Shown here piece by piece: positions 1 through 8,973 of a DNA stretch of 64,000 nucleotides. Where the stretch lies: contig CAZDDW010000005.1 in NCBI GenBank assembly GCA_964504365.1, positions 1,630 to 65,629 on the forward strand, given 5' to 3'. Every line of letters starts with the position of its first letter. Positions within the stretch are counted from its first letter, which is position 1. The DNA comes from an uncultured Gammaproteobacteria bacterium. GTDB taxonomy: Bacteria > Patescibacteriota > Patescibacteriia > UBA9934 > CAZDDW01. A model generated the notes under the pieces. It ran no database searches. It was not told where the DNA came from and was given only the letters and a program-made list of their open reading frames with translations. The translations under genes and the position numbers were made by a program.

Positions 1-98
1 CCCCTCCTTTCTAAGGAGGGGGTTAGGGGGAGGTTCTGTGTACAATTTGTCACTCAGAACCCCCCTTTAATCCCCCCTTGGAAAGGGGGGAGAGACAT
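1..98. repeat. G5/C5 multi-hairpin repeat element, copy A (three consecutive C-run/G-run hairpins; may be truncated at window edge)
   Basis: cccctcctttctaaggaggggg / gggggaggttctg...cagaacccccc / ccccccttggaaagggggg; same architecture recurs at 31745-31930 and partly at 38813-38853. Confidence 0.6.
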
Positions 99-102
99 AT
101 TT

Positions 103-1407
103 ATGAAAACATTTATAGAAAAACTACTTGCGATATTATCGCGCAAGACTATTTCGCGATATCAACCGCGGATTGTGGCTGTTACTGGATCTGTGGGCAA
201 AACATCAGTCAAGAACGCGATTGTAGCTGCGCTTGAGGGTCGTTTTGATTTACGCACTGGGCGTGAAAATTACAACACCGAGTTTGGTGTTCCTTTGACT
301 ATCATTGATGCTAAATCTCCAGGCCGATCTTCTGTTGGTTGGTTTTTTGTTTTGCTTAAAGGTTTTGCTTTGGCATACGGTCGGAAGCAAAAGTATCCGG
401 AGTTGTTAGTTTTGGAGTTTGGAGTAGACCATCCAGGAGATATGAAAAAACTGTGTTCTATCGCGCCTCCTGAGGTTGGGGTTGTTACTCGTATTTCACC
501 AGTGCATGTTGAGCATTTCGAGGGTGTCGAGCATTTGGCGCAAGAAAAGTCTGAGTTAATTAAAGCTCTAGATAAATCTGGTTTAGCTGTTTTAAATGCG
601 AATGACGAAACTGTCGCAGCCATGCACGAGCTTTCCAAAGCACCAGTGCAAACCTACGGGTTCGATATCGGGGCTGATGTAAAAGGTTCTGCTTTTTCTG
701 ACATGATGAAACTAGATAATAACTTCGAGGTCGGGGAGATTGCAGCAAATTCGATGTTCCGAGTTGAGGCTGGTGGCGAAGCGCTTGATATTGAGCTGCA
801 TAACATTGTTGGACAAGCTGCCTCTTCGTCCGCACTGGTTGCTTTTGCAGTTGGTCGACATTTTGGACTTGGTTTAAATCAGATCGCTGAAGGATTGCGC
901 AACTTTGTTCCAATGCCGGGTCGTTTACGTTTGCTCCCAGGAATTAAAGGTTCGTTGTTAATCGACGACTCTTACAATGCTGCACCGGCTTCGGTCATTG
1001 CTGCCTTGGATGTTCTGGAAGAGTTTGCACCGTTCGAAGGCGCCAGGCGCATTGCTGTTTTAGGAGACATGCTAGAACTTGGTTCGTTGACCGAAGATGA
1101 ACATGCGCGCGTTGGTCGCTACGCTTTCGAACACAAAGTTGATCTCTTGGTTGTTGCAGGAGAACGCGCCTTAGATATTGCACGCGGTGCACGCGAGGCT
1201 GGGATGGCAGATGATCAGATTCAGTCGTTTAAAAATTCAGAAGATGCTGGCCGCTGGCTGGATCCGAAAATAAAGTCTGGTGATATTGTGCTGGTCAAAG
1301 GATCGCAGGGTGCGCGCATGGAGATTGTAACAAAAGAACTCATGGCTGAACCGAATCGCGCAAAAGAATTGCTAGTCCGCCAGTATCCACCGTGGGTAAA
1401 AGAATAA
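103..1407 (+). CDS. murF: UDP-N-acetylmuramoyl-tripeptide--D-alanyl-D-alanine ligase (Mur ligase family)
   Basis: 434 aa; Mur ligase P-loop VAVTGSVGKTS near N-terminus; typical MurF length; GGAG-type SD supplied by end of repeat element. Confidence 0.8.
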   Translation: MKTFIEKLLAILSRKTISRYQPRIVAVTGSVGKTSVKNAIVAALEGRFDLRTGRENYNTEFGVPLTIIDAKSPGRSSVGWFFVLLKGFALAYGRKQKYPELLVLEFGVDHPGDMKKLCSIAPPEVGVVTRISPVHVEHFEGVEHLAQEKSELIKALDKSGLAVLNANDETVAAMHELSKAPVQTYGFDIGADVKGSAFSDMMKLDNNFEVGEIAANSMFRVEAGGEALDIELHNIVGQAASSSALVAFAVGRHFGLGLNQIAEGLRNFVPMPGRLRLLPGIKGSLLIDDSYNAAPASVIAALDVLEEFAPFEGARRIAVLGDMLELGSLTEDEHARVGRYAFEHKVDLLVVAGERALDIARGAREAGMADDQIQSFKNSEDAGRWLDPKIKSGDIVLVKGSQGARMEIVTKELMAEPNRAKELLVRQYPPWVKE

Positions 1408-1441
1408 TTGTAGGGGCGACCTTCATGGTCGCCCTTTTAGG

Positions 1442-1469
1442 TTGACAAAAATCGAAATCCTGCTAAGAT
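1442..1469 (+). promoter_or_regulatory. sigma70-like promoter TTGACA-16-TAAGAT for GC-rich ORF 1504
   Basis: gttgacaaaaatcgaaatcctgctaagat read directly. Confidence 0.5.
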
Positions 1470-1503
1470 CGACCTATCGAACCTTCAACATGGGAGAGGG
1501 ACA

Positions 1504-2178
1504 ATGTCCCAATTCAAATTGATCGCTCTGGTTGCTGAACCGGCCCGTGTCCGACGAACTCTGCTTCCAGCCCTGCTCGACTTCATCAGGGACAGCCCTG
1601 ACTTAGGGGCTTTGTTGCATTCGGTTGCCACAACAACGACAGACCAATTCTTGGCTGGACAACATCCACGACTGTTCAATTCAGTGCCAAATATTTCTCA
1701 GTTCAACATCATTGCAGACGCTGGTCTTTTTGTCTGCTACACCAGAACTGGTGAAGTTCGAAATGGTATCAAGCGAGGTGACATCGATCTGTTCTTGATG
1801 ACCGGTCATGTAATCGTGTTGGTCGGTCCGGAAGAGGCTGAACAGCTCAAGCAGAGCGAGTACACTGATCGACTGGAGATCATTGGGGTAACCATGGATG
1901 GCGAGGCTCGTCGTGAGGCCTTAGCCGAATCTCCACACATGGCTCCGTTGTACGAGGTCGAAGAAGCTGTTCGTGACTACATCAGGAACGAGCTGGAGGA
2001 AGACCATCGCTTCTTCGCTGAGAACAACAGGGGGGACGTGCTCACTCTGGTGCTTTTCCTGAGCGAGATGGGTGTGGTCAATATCGAGAGCGAGATGGCT
2101 GATCGGTTGACCACAGATGCCATGAGGATCCCGACTGGATACTGGGAGCCTGGTACTTCGCCGCCGTCCAAGCCCTAG
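1504..2178 (+). CDS. hypothetical protein (GC-rich islet orphan)
   Basis: 224-aa ORF with own promoter and terminator; elevated GC relative to flanks; no recognisable motif. Confidence 0.55.
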   Translation: MSQFKLIALVAEPARVRRTLLPALLDFIRDSPDLGALLHSVATTTTDQFLAGQHPRLFNSVPNISQFNIIADAGLFVCYTRTGEVRNGIKRGDIDLFLMTGHVIVLVGPEEAEQLKQSEYTDRLEIIGVTMDGEARREALAESPHMAPLYEVEEAVRDYIRNELEEDHRFFAENNRGDVLTLVLFLSEMGVVNIESEMADRLTTDAMRIPTGYWEPGTSPPSKP

Positions 2179-2212
2179 ACCCCACACCGCCCTTACCCGG
2201 CGGTTTTTCTAT

Positions 2213-2240
2213 TGACAAAAACCAAAAAAGTGAGTATACT
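2213..2240 (+). promoter_or_regulatory. promoter TTGACA-16-TATACT for tRNA-Glu
   Basis: attgacaaaaaccaaaaaagtgagtatact, about 20 nt upstream of tRNA. Confidence 0.6.
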
Positions 2241-2259
2241 CTCGACACAAACTAATCAA

Positions 2260-2334
2260 GGCCCCATCGTCTAGTGGTTAGGACGTAAGGTTCTCATCCT
2301 TGAAACCGGGGTTCGATTCCCCGTGGGGTCACCA
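2260..2334 (+). tRNA. tRNA-Glu (anticodon CUC), CCA encoded
   Basis: cloverleaf: acceptor GGCCCCA/TGGGGTC, anticodon loop TTCTCAT, T-arm GGGGTTCGATTCCCC, 3' ACCA. Confidence 0.85.
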
Positions 2335-2340
2335 ACAATC

Positions 2341-2367
2341 CGGCAGGCATCAGCCTGACGGGTTTTT
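2341..2367 (+). terminator. intrinsic terminator after tRNA-Glu
   Basis: caggc atcag cctg acgggttttt. Confidence 0.5.
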
Positions 2368-2480
2368 GATTTCCATGGGGATGAGAAGCCCGAATGGGTT
2401 CGATTGTCCGATCGAGCGAGAGGAGAGTCAAACTTGTTTGACCTCTCCCGAGCGAGGAGGCTCAATCCCGCCGTCGGCGG

Positions 2481-2500
2481 GATTCCCCGTGGGGTCACCA
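2481..2500 (+). repeat. 20-nt direct repeat of tRNA-Glu 3' end (att-like), followed by terminator 2501-2531
   Basis: gattccccgtggggtcacca identical to 2315-2334. Confidence 0.8.
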
Positions 2501-2542
2501 AAAAACCACCCGAGTAATCAGGTGGTTTTTTGTTTAAGTGTT

Positions 2543-3445
2543 TTATTCAGCTGGGACGTATTGCCGGTGGCAGGTATAGTCGTAAACATCATCAGCGACC
2601 CTTTCAGCATTATTGTCATAACTACCAGCACAGATTTCAATCAGATCAGGATGATATGTAGCTTCATCCATCTGGTAATAACTCCACCAACTATGTCCAG
2701 CGTCACCGTATCCAGTACCCACTAAATGCTCGCCGTTAAGTGCACGTGGGTAGAATGTGAAAGCAAAATCCATCATGGACGAGATTTGGTTATAATAACG
2801 GATACTGCCATAAGCCTTTCCTGGTGCATAGTCACCAATAACTAAACCAAAATTGCTAGTTGTAAAGGCAAAAAACAACTCATCATCATCTTTACAAATT
2901 CGTGACAAGTACAGATCACTGTAATAAGTCGATTCACTGGTCTCAACTAACGCAGCGATTAATATATCAATATCAATGTTAGCCGGGGCAAATTCAGTTA
3001 TCAAGTCATTAAATATTTCTGTTTCTACGTCAGCAAGATCAATGCCTCCGTAAGCCCGTTCTAGATCTGGGTGGTAATTAAGATCGTAACAATTATCAAA
3101 AGGCTCTTTATCCATGCTAGACAAATAAGTAACTTCTTGCCAAAGATTTGTCACTCCTGGATCAACATCGTCAGATGTAATTGTCCCAGAAACGTCGTAA
3201 AGAATTGTGGCATCGGTTGTTGTTTCTGGTTCGTCTGCTTCCACCAGCATCAGATCATCTGCGGTGATAAGATTTGGGTCGTTAGCCTCATCTGATTCCA
3301 TGTTTGTCCAAATCAGAGCGATTACAAGCACGGCGATGATGATAAATAAAATCGGACCAATGATCCAATGGGCGATATGTGATTTGCACTTTGACTTAAC
3401 CTCAACTTCAGGTGTGGTCTCAGTAAGGTCTTGCATATTTGGCAT
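2543..3445 (-). CDS. hypothetical membrane-anchored acidic secreted protein
   Basis: 300 aa, N-terminal TM (WIIGPILFIIIAVLVIALIW), D/E-rich ectodomain. Confidence 0.6.
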   Translation of the reverse strand: MPNMQDLTETTPEVEVKSKCKSHIAHWIIGPILFIIIAVLVIALIWTNMESDEANDPNLITADDLMLVEADEPETTTDATILYDVSGTITSDDVDPGVTNLWQEVTYLSSMDKEPFDNCYDLNYHPDLERAYGGIDLADVETEIFNDLITEFAPANIDIDILIAALVETSESTYYSDLYLSRICKDDDELFFAFTTSNFGLVIGDYAPGKAYGSIRYYNQISSMMDFAFTFYPRALNGEHLVGTGYGDAGHSWWSYYQMDEATYHPDLIEICAGSYDNNAERVADDVYDYTCHRQYVPAE

Positions 3446-3476
3446 AAAAGTATTTAATAATAATCTAAGTCTACCT

Positions 3477-3507
3477 TAAAAGAAAAAAGCGCTCAAGGAG
3501 CGCCTAG
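3477..3507 (-). terminator. intrinsic terminator (gcgctccttgagcgc + T-run) for gene 3550-3768; near-duplicate at 3860-3885
   Basis: aaaaaagcgctcaaggagcgcc and aaaaaagcgctcaaggcgctt. Confidence 0.55.
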
Positions 3508-3549
3508 GAGTAAGGGCCGGTACGATTGTTGTATAGGGTGAGTAGTCGG

Positions 3550-3768
3550 TCAGTTCAGACCGAGTTTTTCGAGACTCTTGAACGGGACGACTACCACCAT
3601 GTGGTTCTTGTCGTCAGTCTGGATACCAACGTCACTTTCACCGTCCGGAGAACCCACCTTGAAGCGACGTGACTCACACCATCCCATGGCAGCGGTCATG
3701 GCATTTGACCGTGCGGTCGGATCATCGGCAGCGAAGTCGACTGTATGTACTGCTCTTCTAAGATCCAT
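3550..3768 (-). CDS. hypothetical small protein (GC-rich islet; own TTGACA-17-TACAAA promoter at ~3800-3835 and AGGAGG SD)
   Basis: 72 aa from MDLRRAVHTVDF; SD aggagg 7 nt upstream. Confidence 0.45.
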   Translation of the reverse strand: MDLRRAVHTVDFAADDPTARSNAMTAAMGWCESRRFKVGSPDGESDVGIQTDDKNHMVVVVPFKSLEKLGLN

Positions 3769-3884
3769 TGGCCTTCCTCCTGTTGTTTTGATCAGCAGTA
3801 TGGTTAATCTGCAAAGGTTTTGTATCACAAAGTGTGGTAAATGTCAATCCCTTATACAATAAAAGAAAAAAGCGCTCAAGGCGC

Positions 3885-4370
3885 TTAGAAGCAGGAGTCG
3901 GTTCGGAGTGTACAGAATCGGCGTATACCTGGCAGGTGAGCCAATGGGACGATCAGTAGGAACAGGGCGCCACAGGCCAGGGAACAGAGTGGGACGTTGA
4001 GAAGGCTGAGGAAGAGCAGGGCACCACTGACGGTCATGGCTTCTGGTACAGCAAGCCTTAGATAGGTCAGCATGAAGCCGATCGGTATGACTGATCCGGT
4101 GATCAAAGCCGATCCGAAATGCTGTAATTGGAAGTCGGTCATCTCAGTAACACTCATTGCGGCTTGGAGACCAAGGAAGATTCCATAGCCACAGACCATG
4201 GCCGCAACAATGTCCAGTGAGCGATGCCACATGATCGCTTCCGGGTTGATCCAGTTGTGCGGGTAGCCGATGAGGTGCCCGGCAAGCAGGCTGACGACGA
4301 ACATGAGCCCGGCGACGATGAGTAGAAGAGTGGTAGACAAAAGCCAGTATTTGAACGAGCTGATGCGCAT
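3885..4370 (-). CDS. hypothetical integral membrane protein (4-5 TM)
   Basis: 161 aa, hydrophobic throughout. Confidence 0.55.
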   Translation of the reverse strand: MRISSFKYWLLSTTLLLIVAGLMFVVSLLAGHLIGYPHNWINPEAIMWHRSLDIVAAMVCGYGIFLGLQAAMSVTEMTDFQLQHFGSALITGSVIPIGFMLTYLRLAVPEAMTVSGALLFLSLLNVPLCSLACGALFLLIVPLAHLPGIRRFCTLRTDSCF

Positions 4371-4471
4371 CTTTTTCTCCAGGTAAAGGTCTTCACAAAA
4401 AGTATCTCATTTGTTAAGCTCTGTCAACCATTTGCTTTAAGTTTAAAGCAGTAGTAAAATAGAAACACTAT

Positions 4472-6298
4472 ATGAAATTTTATAAGCGTAAATTATTTTG
4501 GGTTGTTTTTGTTGTCTTAGCGATCGTGGTAATCGGCGGCATTATTTATGCACAGCGCGGAGAAGATCAGGAGATTGTTTCTGCTTTGGTTGAAAAGGGG
4601 ACTTTGATTCAGACTGTTGAAGGTACAGGTACGGTGGAAGCCGATCGTGAAATTGAGTTAGCTTTTGAAACTACTGGTTCAGTTGCCAGTATTTTAGTTT
4701 ACGCTGGTGATGAGGTTATTGCTGGTCAACCACTAATGACTTTGAGTGGTGCCAGCGCCTTGATCGGATTATCACAAGCACAAGCCACGCTTGACAAAGC
4801 TCAGGCAAACCTGAATCAAACCTTGGCTGGTGAATCTGATGAATCAGTTGGTGTGACTGAGGCTCAGCTGGCTGAGGCCGAGGCACTGCTTGATAAATAC
4901 GAAACAGATCTTGAAAATGCTACAGCTGTTTATGTTGCGGCAACTAAGGCGGCTCAGGTTACAGTTGATACTGAATATGATGATTGGGTGAACACACTTG
5001 CTGATAACACACAGGATCTGAGTGAGGTTTACGACGATGCTTTGACCATTATGCAAGCTGCTGTGATCAGCGTATCAGCTGGTCTTACTGAATCAGATAA
5101 TATACTTGGAATTGACAATGCAACGTTTAACATGGATTTCAAGGTTTATCTAAGTATCTTGAATAGTCAGTATTTGGTTGATGCAAATAATTCATACCCA
5201 ATTGCACGAGATAAAATGCTTGAGGTTGAAGACTTGTTAGAAGATTTGACTGTAGATTCTGCTGATGCTGATATCGCAGCTGCGGTAGCTGAGGCTCGGG
5301 CCATGCTCAATTATGCGCTAGAAACCTTGAACGACACTCGTCACGTTCTTGATGCAACTCAAGCCAACTCTGATATACCAGACGCAACACTAAGTACTTA
5401 CAAATCAAATATCGATACAGATCGAGATGCAGTAAATACAGATTTGACTGCATTGAATAATCAAGAGCAACTGATTAGTTCATCTACAATCGCGGCCCAG
5501 ACCGCAGAGGATTCGGCTGAAAATGCTTACGAAGCAGCAACTGTTGCATTGGAACAGGCTGAAGCAACTGAGGCTGACCAAGTGGCCAAGGCCGAGGCTT
5601 TGGTGGCTACACAGACTGCTGCTGTGGCAACAGCATCAGCAAATCTGGTTTACAAAGAGGCTGTTCCGCGTTCAGTTGATACAGCCGCGCTTGAAGCTCA
5701 GATTGATGAAGCTGGTGCAGCGTTGGCTTTGGCTCAAGAAGAATACAACAAGACCATAATAACGGCTCCGTTTGACGGGCAAGTGACAGATATTAATTAC
5801 GAGATTGGTGAGCAAGTTGCTTTGAGTACAGCGGCAATTGGTATGTTGGCCATGAATGAATTCCAGATTGTGACTGATATTGATGAGGCTGACATTATTA
5901 AACTGACATTAGATGATCCTGTTGAAGTAACTTTTGATGCTTTTGGAGATGATATGGTTTTTGATGCACGTGTAGCAAAGATTAATCCAGCAGAAAAATC
6001 TATCGAAGGTGTTGTTTACTATGAGGTCACTATTTTCTTGAATGAACCAGTTGAGCAGATCCGTTCTGGAATGTCTGCTGATATAACGATTATTACTGAG
6101 CAGATTGAAGACGCGGTCTTGATTCCAAGTAGGGCTGTGTTAACTGAGAATTTTGAAAAGTATACTCGGGTTTACGATGGTGAAGAGGTTCGTCAGCGTA
6201 TGCTAGAGATTGGAATTCGTGGAGATGCTGGAAAAACACAAGTAATTAATGGAGTGAATGAGGGTGAGGAGGTGGTGATCACTATTCGTGAAAAATAA
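4472..6298 (+). CDS. efflux periplasmic adaptor / membrane fusion protein (HlyD/MacA family) with long coiled coil
   Basis: 608 aa; N-terminal TM; long Ala/Glu/Gln-rich coiled-coil; C-terminal beta-barrel motif ITAPFDGQVTDINYEIGEQV. Confidence 0.7.
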   Translation: MKFYKRKLFWVVFVVLAIVVIGGIIYAQRGEDQEIVSALVEKGTLIQTVEGTGTVEADREIELAFETTGSVASILVYAGDEVIAGQPLMTLSGASALIGLSQAQATLDKAQANLNQTLAGESDESVGVTEAQLAEAEALLDKYETDLENATAVYVAATKAAQVTVDTEYDDWVNTLADNTQDLSEVYDDALTIMQAAVISVSAGLTESDNILGIDNATFNMDFKVYLSILNSQYLVDANNSYPIARDKMLEVEDLLEDLTVDSADADIAAAVAEARAMLNYALETLNDTRHVLDATQANSDIPDATLSTYKSNIDTDRDAVNTDLTALNNQEQLISSSTIAAQTAEDSAENAYEAATVALEQAEATEADQVAKAEALVATQTAAVATASANLVYKEAVPRSVDTAALEAQIDEAGAALALAQEEYNKTIITAPFDGQVTDINYEIGEQVALSTAAIGMLAMNEFQIVTDIDEADIIKLTLDDPVEVTFDAFGDDMVFDARVAKINPAEKSIEGVVYYEVTIFLNEPVEQIRSGMSADITIITEQIEDAVLIPSRAVLTENFEKYTRVYDGEEVRQRMLEIGIRGDAGKTQVINGVNEGEEVVITIREK

Positions 6299-6299
6299 T

Positions 6300-7061
6300 A
6301 TGGCAGATTGCTTGATTGAGGCAAAAAATCTGTACAAGCAATACGAAAATGATGAGGTCGTAACAAAAGTTTTGTTCGACCTCAATTTTAAAGTTGAGTG
6401 TGGTGATTTCTTGGCGCTGATGGGGCCATCCGGTTCTGGTAAGTCAACTCTGATGCATATCCTTGGTTTTTTGGATCGACTGACAACCGGTGAGTATTTA
6501 TTTAATGGCAAGAGCGTGCATTCAATGAACGATGATGAGCTGGCTCGAATGCGACGTGAAGAAGTCGGGTTTGTGTTTCAGGCTTTTAATTTGCTGGCTA
6601 AGACATCGGTTTTAGATAATGTTTTATTACCAACAATGTACACTGACATACCGTATGCTGAGCGTGAAAAACGTGCGAAGAAAGTTATTGAACAGGTTGG
6701 GTTATCGCATCGTTTAGATCATTTATCTAATCAGCTGTCTGGTGGTGAAAAGCAGCGTGTGTCAATCGCTCGAGCCATGATCAATGATCCTTCAATTATT
6801 TTTGCTGACGAGCCAACTGGAAACCTGGATAGTAAAACCACGATTCAGATTTTGAAGCTACTTCAAGATCTAAACAAAGAAGGACGAACGATTATCATGG
6901 TTACACATGAGCCAGAGCTGACTCCGTATACAAAGCGTATTTTAAATTTGCTTGATGGGCGCTTGATCAAAGATCGCCCAGCTCCGTTTAAAGATGTGAT
7001 AAAAGAGCCACCAGAAGCGTACACACAAAACGCATCTAGAATAAATGGTGGAGATTTATGA
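6300..7061 (+). CDS. ABC transporter ATP-binding protein (MacB/LolD-like)
   Basis: Walker [13 protein letters not shown] signature [14 protein letters not shown], Walker [13 protein letters not shown]. Confidence 0.9.
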   Translation: MADCLIEAKNLYKQYENDEVVTKVLFDLNFKVECGDFLALMGPSGSGKSTLMHILGFLDRLTTGEYLFNGKSVHSMNDDELARMRREEVGFVFQAFNLLAKTSVLDNVLLPTMYTDIPYAEREKRAKKVIEQVGLSHRLDHLSNQLSGGEKQRVSIARAMINDPSIIFADEPTGNLDSKTTIQILKLLQDLNKEGRTIIMVTHEPELTPYTKRILNLLDGRLIKDRPAPFKDVIKEPPEAYTQNASRINGGDL

Positions 7062-8290
7062 AATTAGGAGACCTGATTCAATTATCTGGTGCAGGATTAA
7101 TGCGCAACAAGTCGCGCTCTATCTTGACCATGCTTGGGATTATTATTGGAATCGCTGCAGTGATGCTCATGCTTTCGATTGGAAAAGGTGCTGAAGGGCT
7201 GATTATTTCGCAGGTGGCAGATTTGGGTTCTGATTTAGTTTATGCCGAGCCAGGAAGCGGTGATGCTGATGAGGGGCCGCCAAATATTTTTGTTGAGCAG
7301 ACGCTAACCTTGGATGATGTTGAAGAACTGCGTAAGCACGATGGTTTTGTTGAGGTTGGTGCATTTTTGTATTCTGATGCTGTTGTTCAATACAGTACAG
7401 AAGAGGAGCGTTCGCAGATTGTTGGAACAACACCAGAGAATATTAGTATCTTCCCAGCAGATATGGCTGATGGGCGTTTTATTGATGAATCAGACGTTGA
7501 ATCAAATGCAACAGTGGCTGTGTTGGGAAGTCAGATTAAGCGGAAATTATTTGGTGATCAGGATCCGATTGGGCTGAGAATTAAAATTAAGAACACTCGT
7601 TTTAAAGTCATTGGTTACGTCGAAGAACAGGGAACACGCTTTTTTCAGAATTTAGATGAGCAGATTTATGTGCCAATTACCACGTTGCAAGATAAGGTTC
7701 TTGGCTTAGACTATATTAATTTCTTGGCTGCGCGCACGACTTTGCCGATTGATCTTGCTAAGGACGAAGTTCGCTTTGTGTTGCGTGATTCACATAACCT
7801 AGACAATCCAGAAGGGGATTTGAGTAAAGATGATTTCTTTGTCTCAACCCAGGAAGATGCGGTTGAGATTGTTGGTACAGTTACGAGTGTGCTAACTTTG
7901 TTGTTGTCGTCTGTTGCTGCAATTTCTTTGTTGGTTGGTGGAATTGGAATTATGAATATTATGCTTGTGTCAGTAACTGAGCGAACTCGTGAGATCGGAT
8001 TACGTAAAGCTGTTGGGGCTACTAGACAAGATATTCTAAGGCAGTTTTTGGCCGAAGCAGTTATGTTGACTTTGCTTGGGGGATTGATTGGAATTATTCT
8101 TGGTGGCGGCACTTCATTTTTGACCGCACTGGTATTGTCACAATTTTTAGAAGATTGGAAATTCTTTTTCCCGGCTGATGCTATGGTTTATGCGACCGTA
8201 ATTGCGGCGATTGTTGGTTTGGTATTTGGGATCTTCCCAGCTCGTCGAGCTGCGAAACTAGATCCGATTGATGCACTGCGGTACGAATAG
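7058..8290 (+). CDS. ABC transporter permease, FtsX/MacB-type with large periplasmic domain
   Basis: 410 aa; TM1, ~230-aa periplasmic domain, then 3 TM; translationally coupled to ATPase. Confidence 0.8.
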   Translation: MKLGDLIQLSGAGLMRNKSRSILTMLGIIIGIAAVMLMLSIGKGAEGLIISQVADLGSDLVYAEPGSGDADEGPPNIFVEQTLTLDDVEELRKHDGFVEVGAFLYSDAVVQYSTEEERSQIVGTTPENISIFPADMADGRFIDESDVESNATVAVLGSQIKRKLFGDQDPIGLRIKIKNTRFKVIGYVEEQGTRFFQNLDEQIYVPITTLQDKVLGLDYINFLAARTTLPIDLAKDEVRFVLRDSHNLDNPEGDLSKDDFFVSTQEDAVEIVGTVTSVLTLLLSSVAAISLLVGGIGIMNIMLVSVTERTREIGLRKAVGATRQDILRQFLAEAVMLTLLGGLIGIILGGGTSFLTALVLSQFLEDWKFFFPADAMVYATVIAAIVGLVFGIFPARRAAKLDPIDALRYE

Positions 8291-8312
8291 GTTTGATTTC
8301 TTTCGAAACATA

Positions 8313-8554
8313 GCGGAACCCTTCAGGGTTCCATTTTGTTTAGCCGGCCACGGATGACTCGGACATTCTTTTTGTGAGAAGCACTCGGCCTATTCGTAGA
8401 ATGATTAAAGAATGTTGTCAGGCCTCGTTCGGGTTCCGCCGGGACCGCCACCGTTAGTTGTAATACGAGATAATGATGTGGGCCCGGCTCCACATGTTCT
8501 CACAAAAAGAATATCCTCGTCATTTATATCTGACGATCAGAAAAGTGGCCGGCC
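8313..8554. repeat. ~210-bp TIR element (GCCGGCCAC...GTGGCCGGCC) with fused upstream terminator hairpin, copy 1
   Basis: near-identical copies at 27855-28300 and 41855-42090; internal inverted repeat ACATTCTTTTTGTGAGAA / TTCTCACAAAAAGAATAT. Confidence 0.8.
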
Positions 8555-8600
8555 AATTAAAAAGACCTCGCTGCGTGCGAGGTTTTGTGGTACGTGAGAT

Positions 8601-8903
8601 CTAGTCTTCGATCGGGATAGTGCAGAATCCTTCGGATTCGCGCGGCCCATCGAAGCTCAGCACGCCGAAAAACGGCTTGTTGTTGTGGGTGCCGAAGATC
8701 AGACCGCGACGATCAGGGAGGAGATGGTCGGTTCCATGGATTCTGACCGATACACTCTTCCAGCCGGTAGGATCAGTTTCGGATCCAGGTGGAATGAGTG
8801 AGATCATGATCGGAGCATCCATGTCCAGCGTTGCCTTGAGGTCGACCATGCTGTGGAACGTGTGCGAGATTCGTGTTGGGAATCGAACTGTATCTGGACT
8901 CAA
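8601..8903 (-). CDS. hypothetical small protein (GC-rich islet), probable TTG start after AAGGAGG
   Basis: ORF 8601-8939; SD aaggagg then attcca TTG; minus-strand TTGACA-17-TATTGT promoter overlapping kef promoter. Confidence 0.4.
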   Translation of the reverse strand: MSPDTVRFPTRISHTFHSMVDLKATLDMDAPIMISLIPPGSETDPTGWKSVSVRIHGTDHLLPDRRGLIFGTHNNKPFFGVLSFDGPRESEGFCTIPIED

Positions 8904-8973
8904 TGGAATCCTCCTTTGAAAACAGACAATATCATACACACCCCCTCATGTCAAGATATGCTATAATTAATCC

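Noticed and set aside
6288-6299. GTG start at 6288 for the ABC ATPase (MKNNMADC)
   Set aside because: The ATG at 6300 directly follows the adaptor stop and gives a canonical start. The upstream GTG overlaps the adaptor's last codons.
8412-8597. ORF inside TIR-element copy 1 (and 27988..28281 in copy 2) sharing a peptide ...VGPAP(H/R)VL(T/S)KRISSSF
   Set aside because: The similarity is explained by nucleotide conservation of the repeat. The third copy (41879-42090) has an in-frame stop at the equivalent position (ggtaatatga) and no conserved start or SD, so a conserved protein is unlikely.
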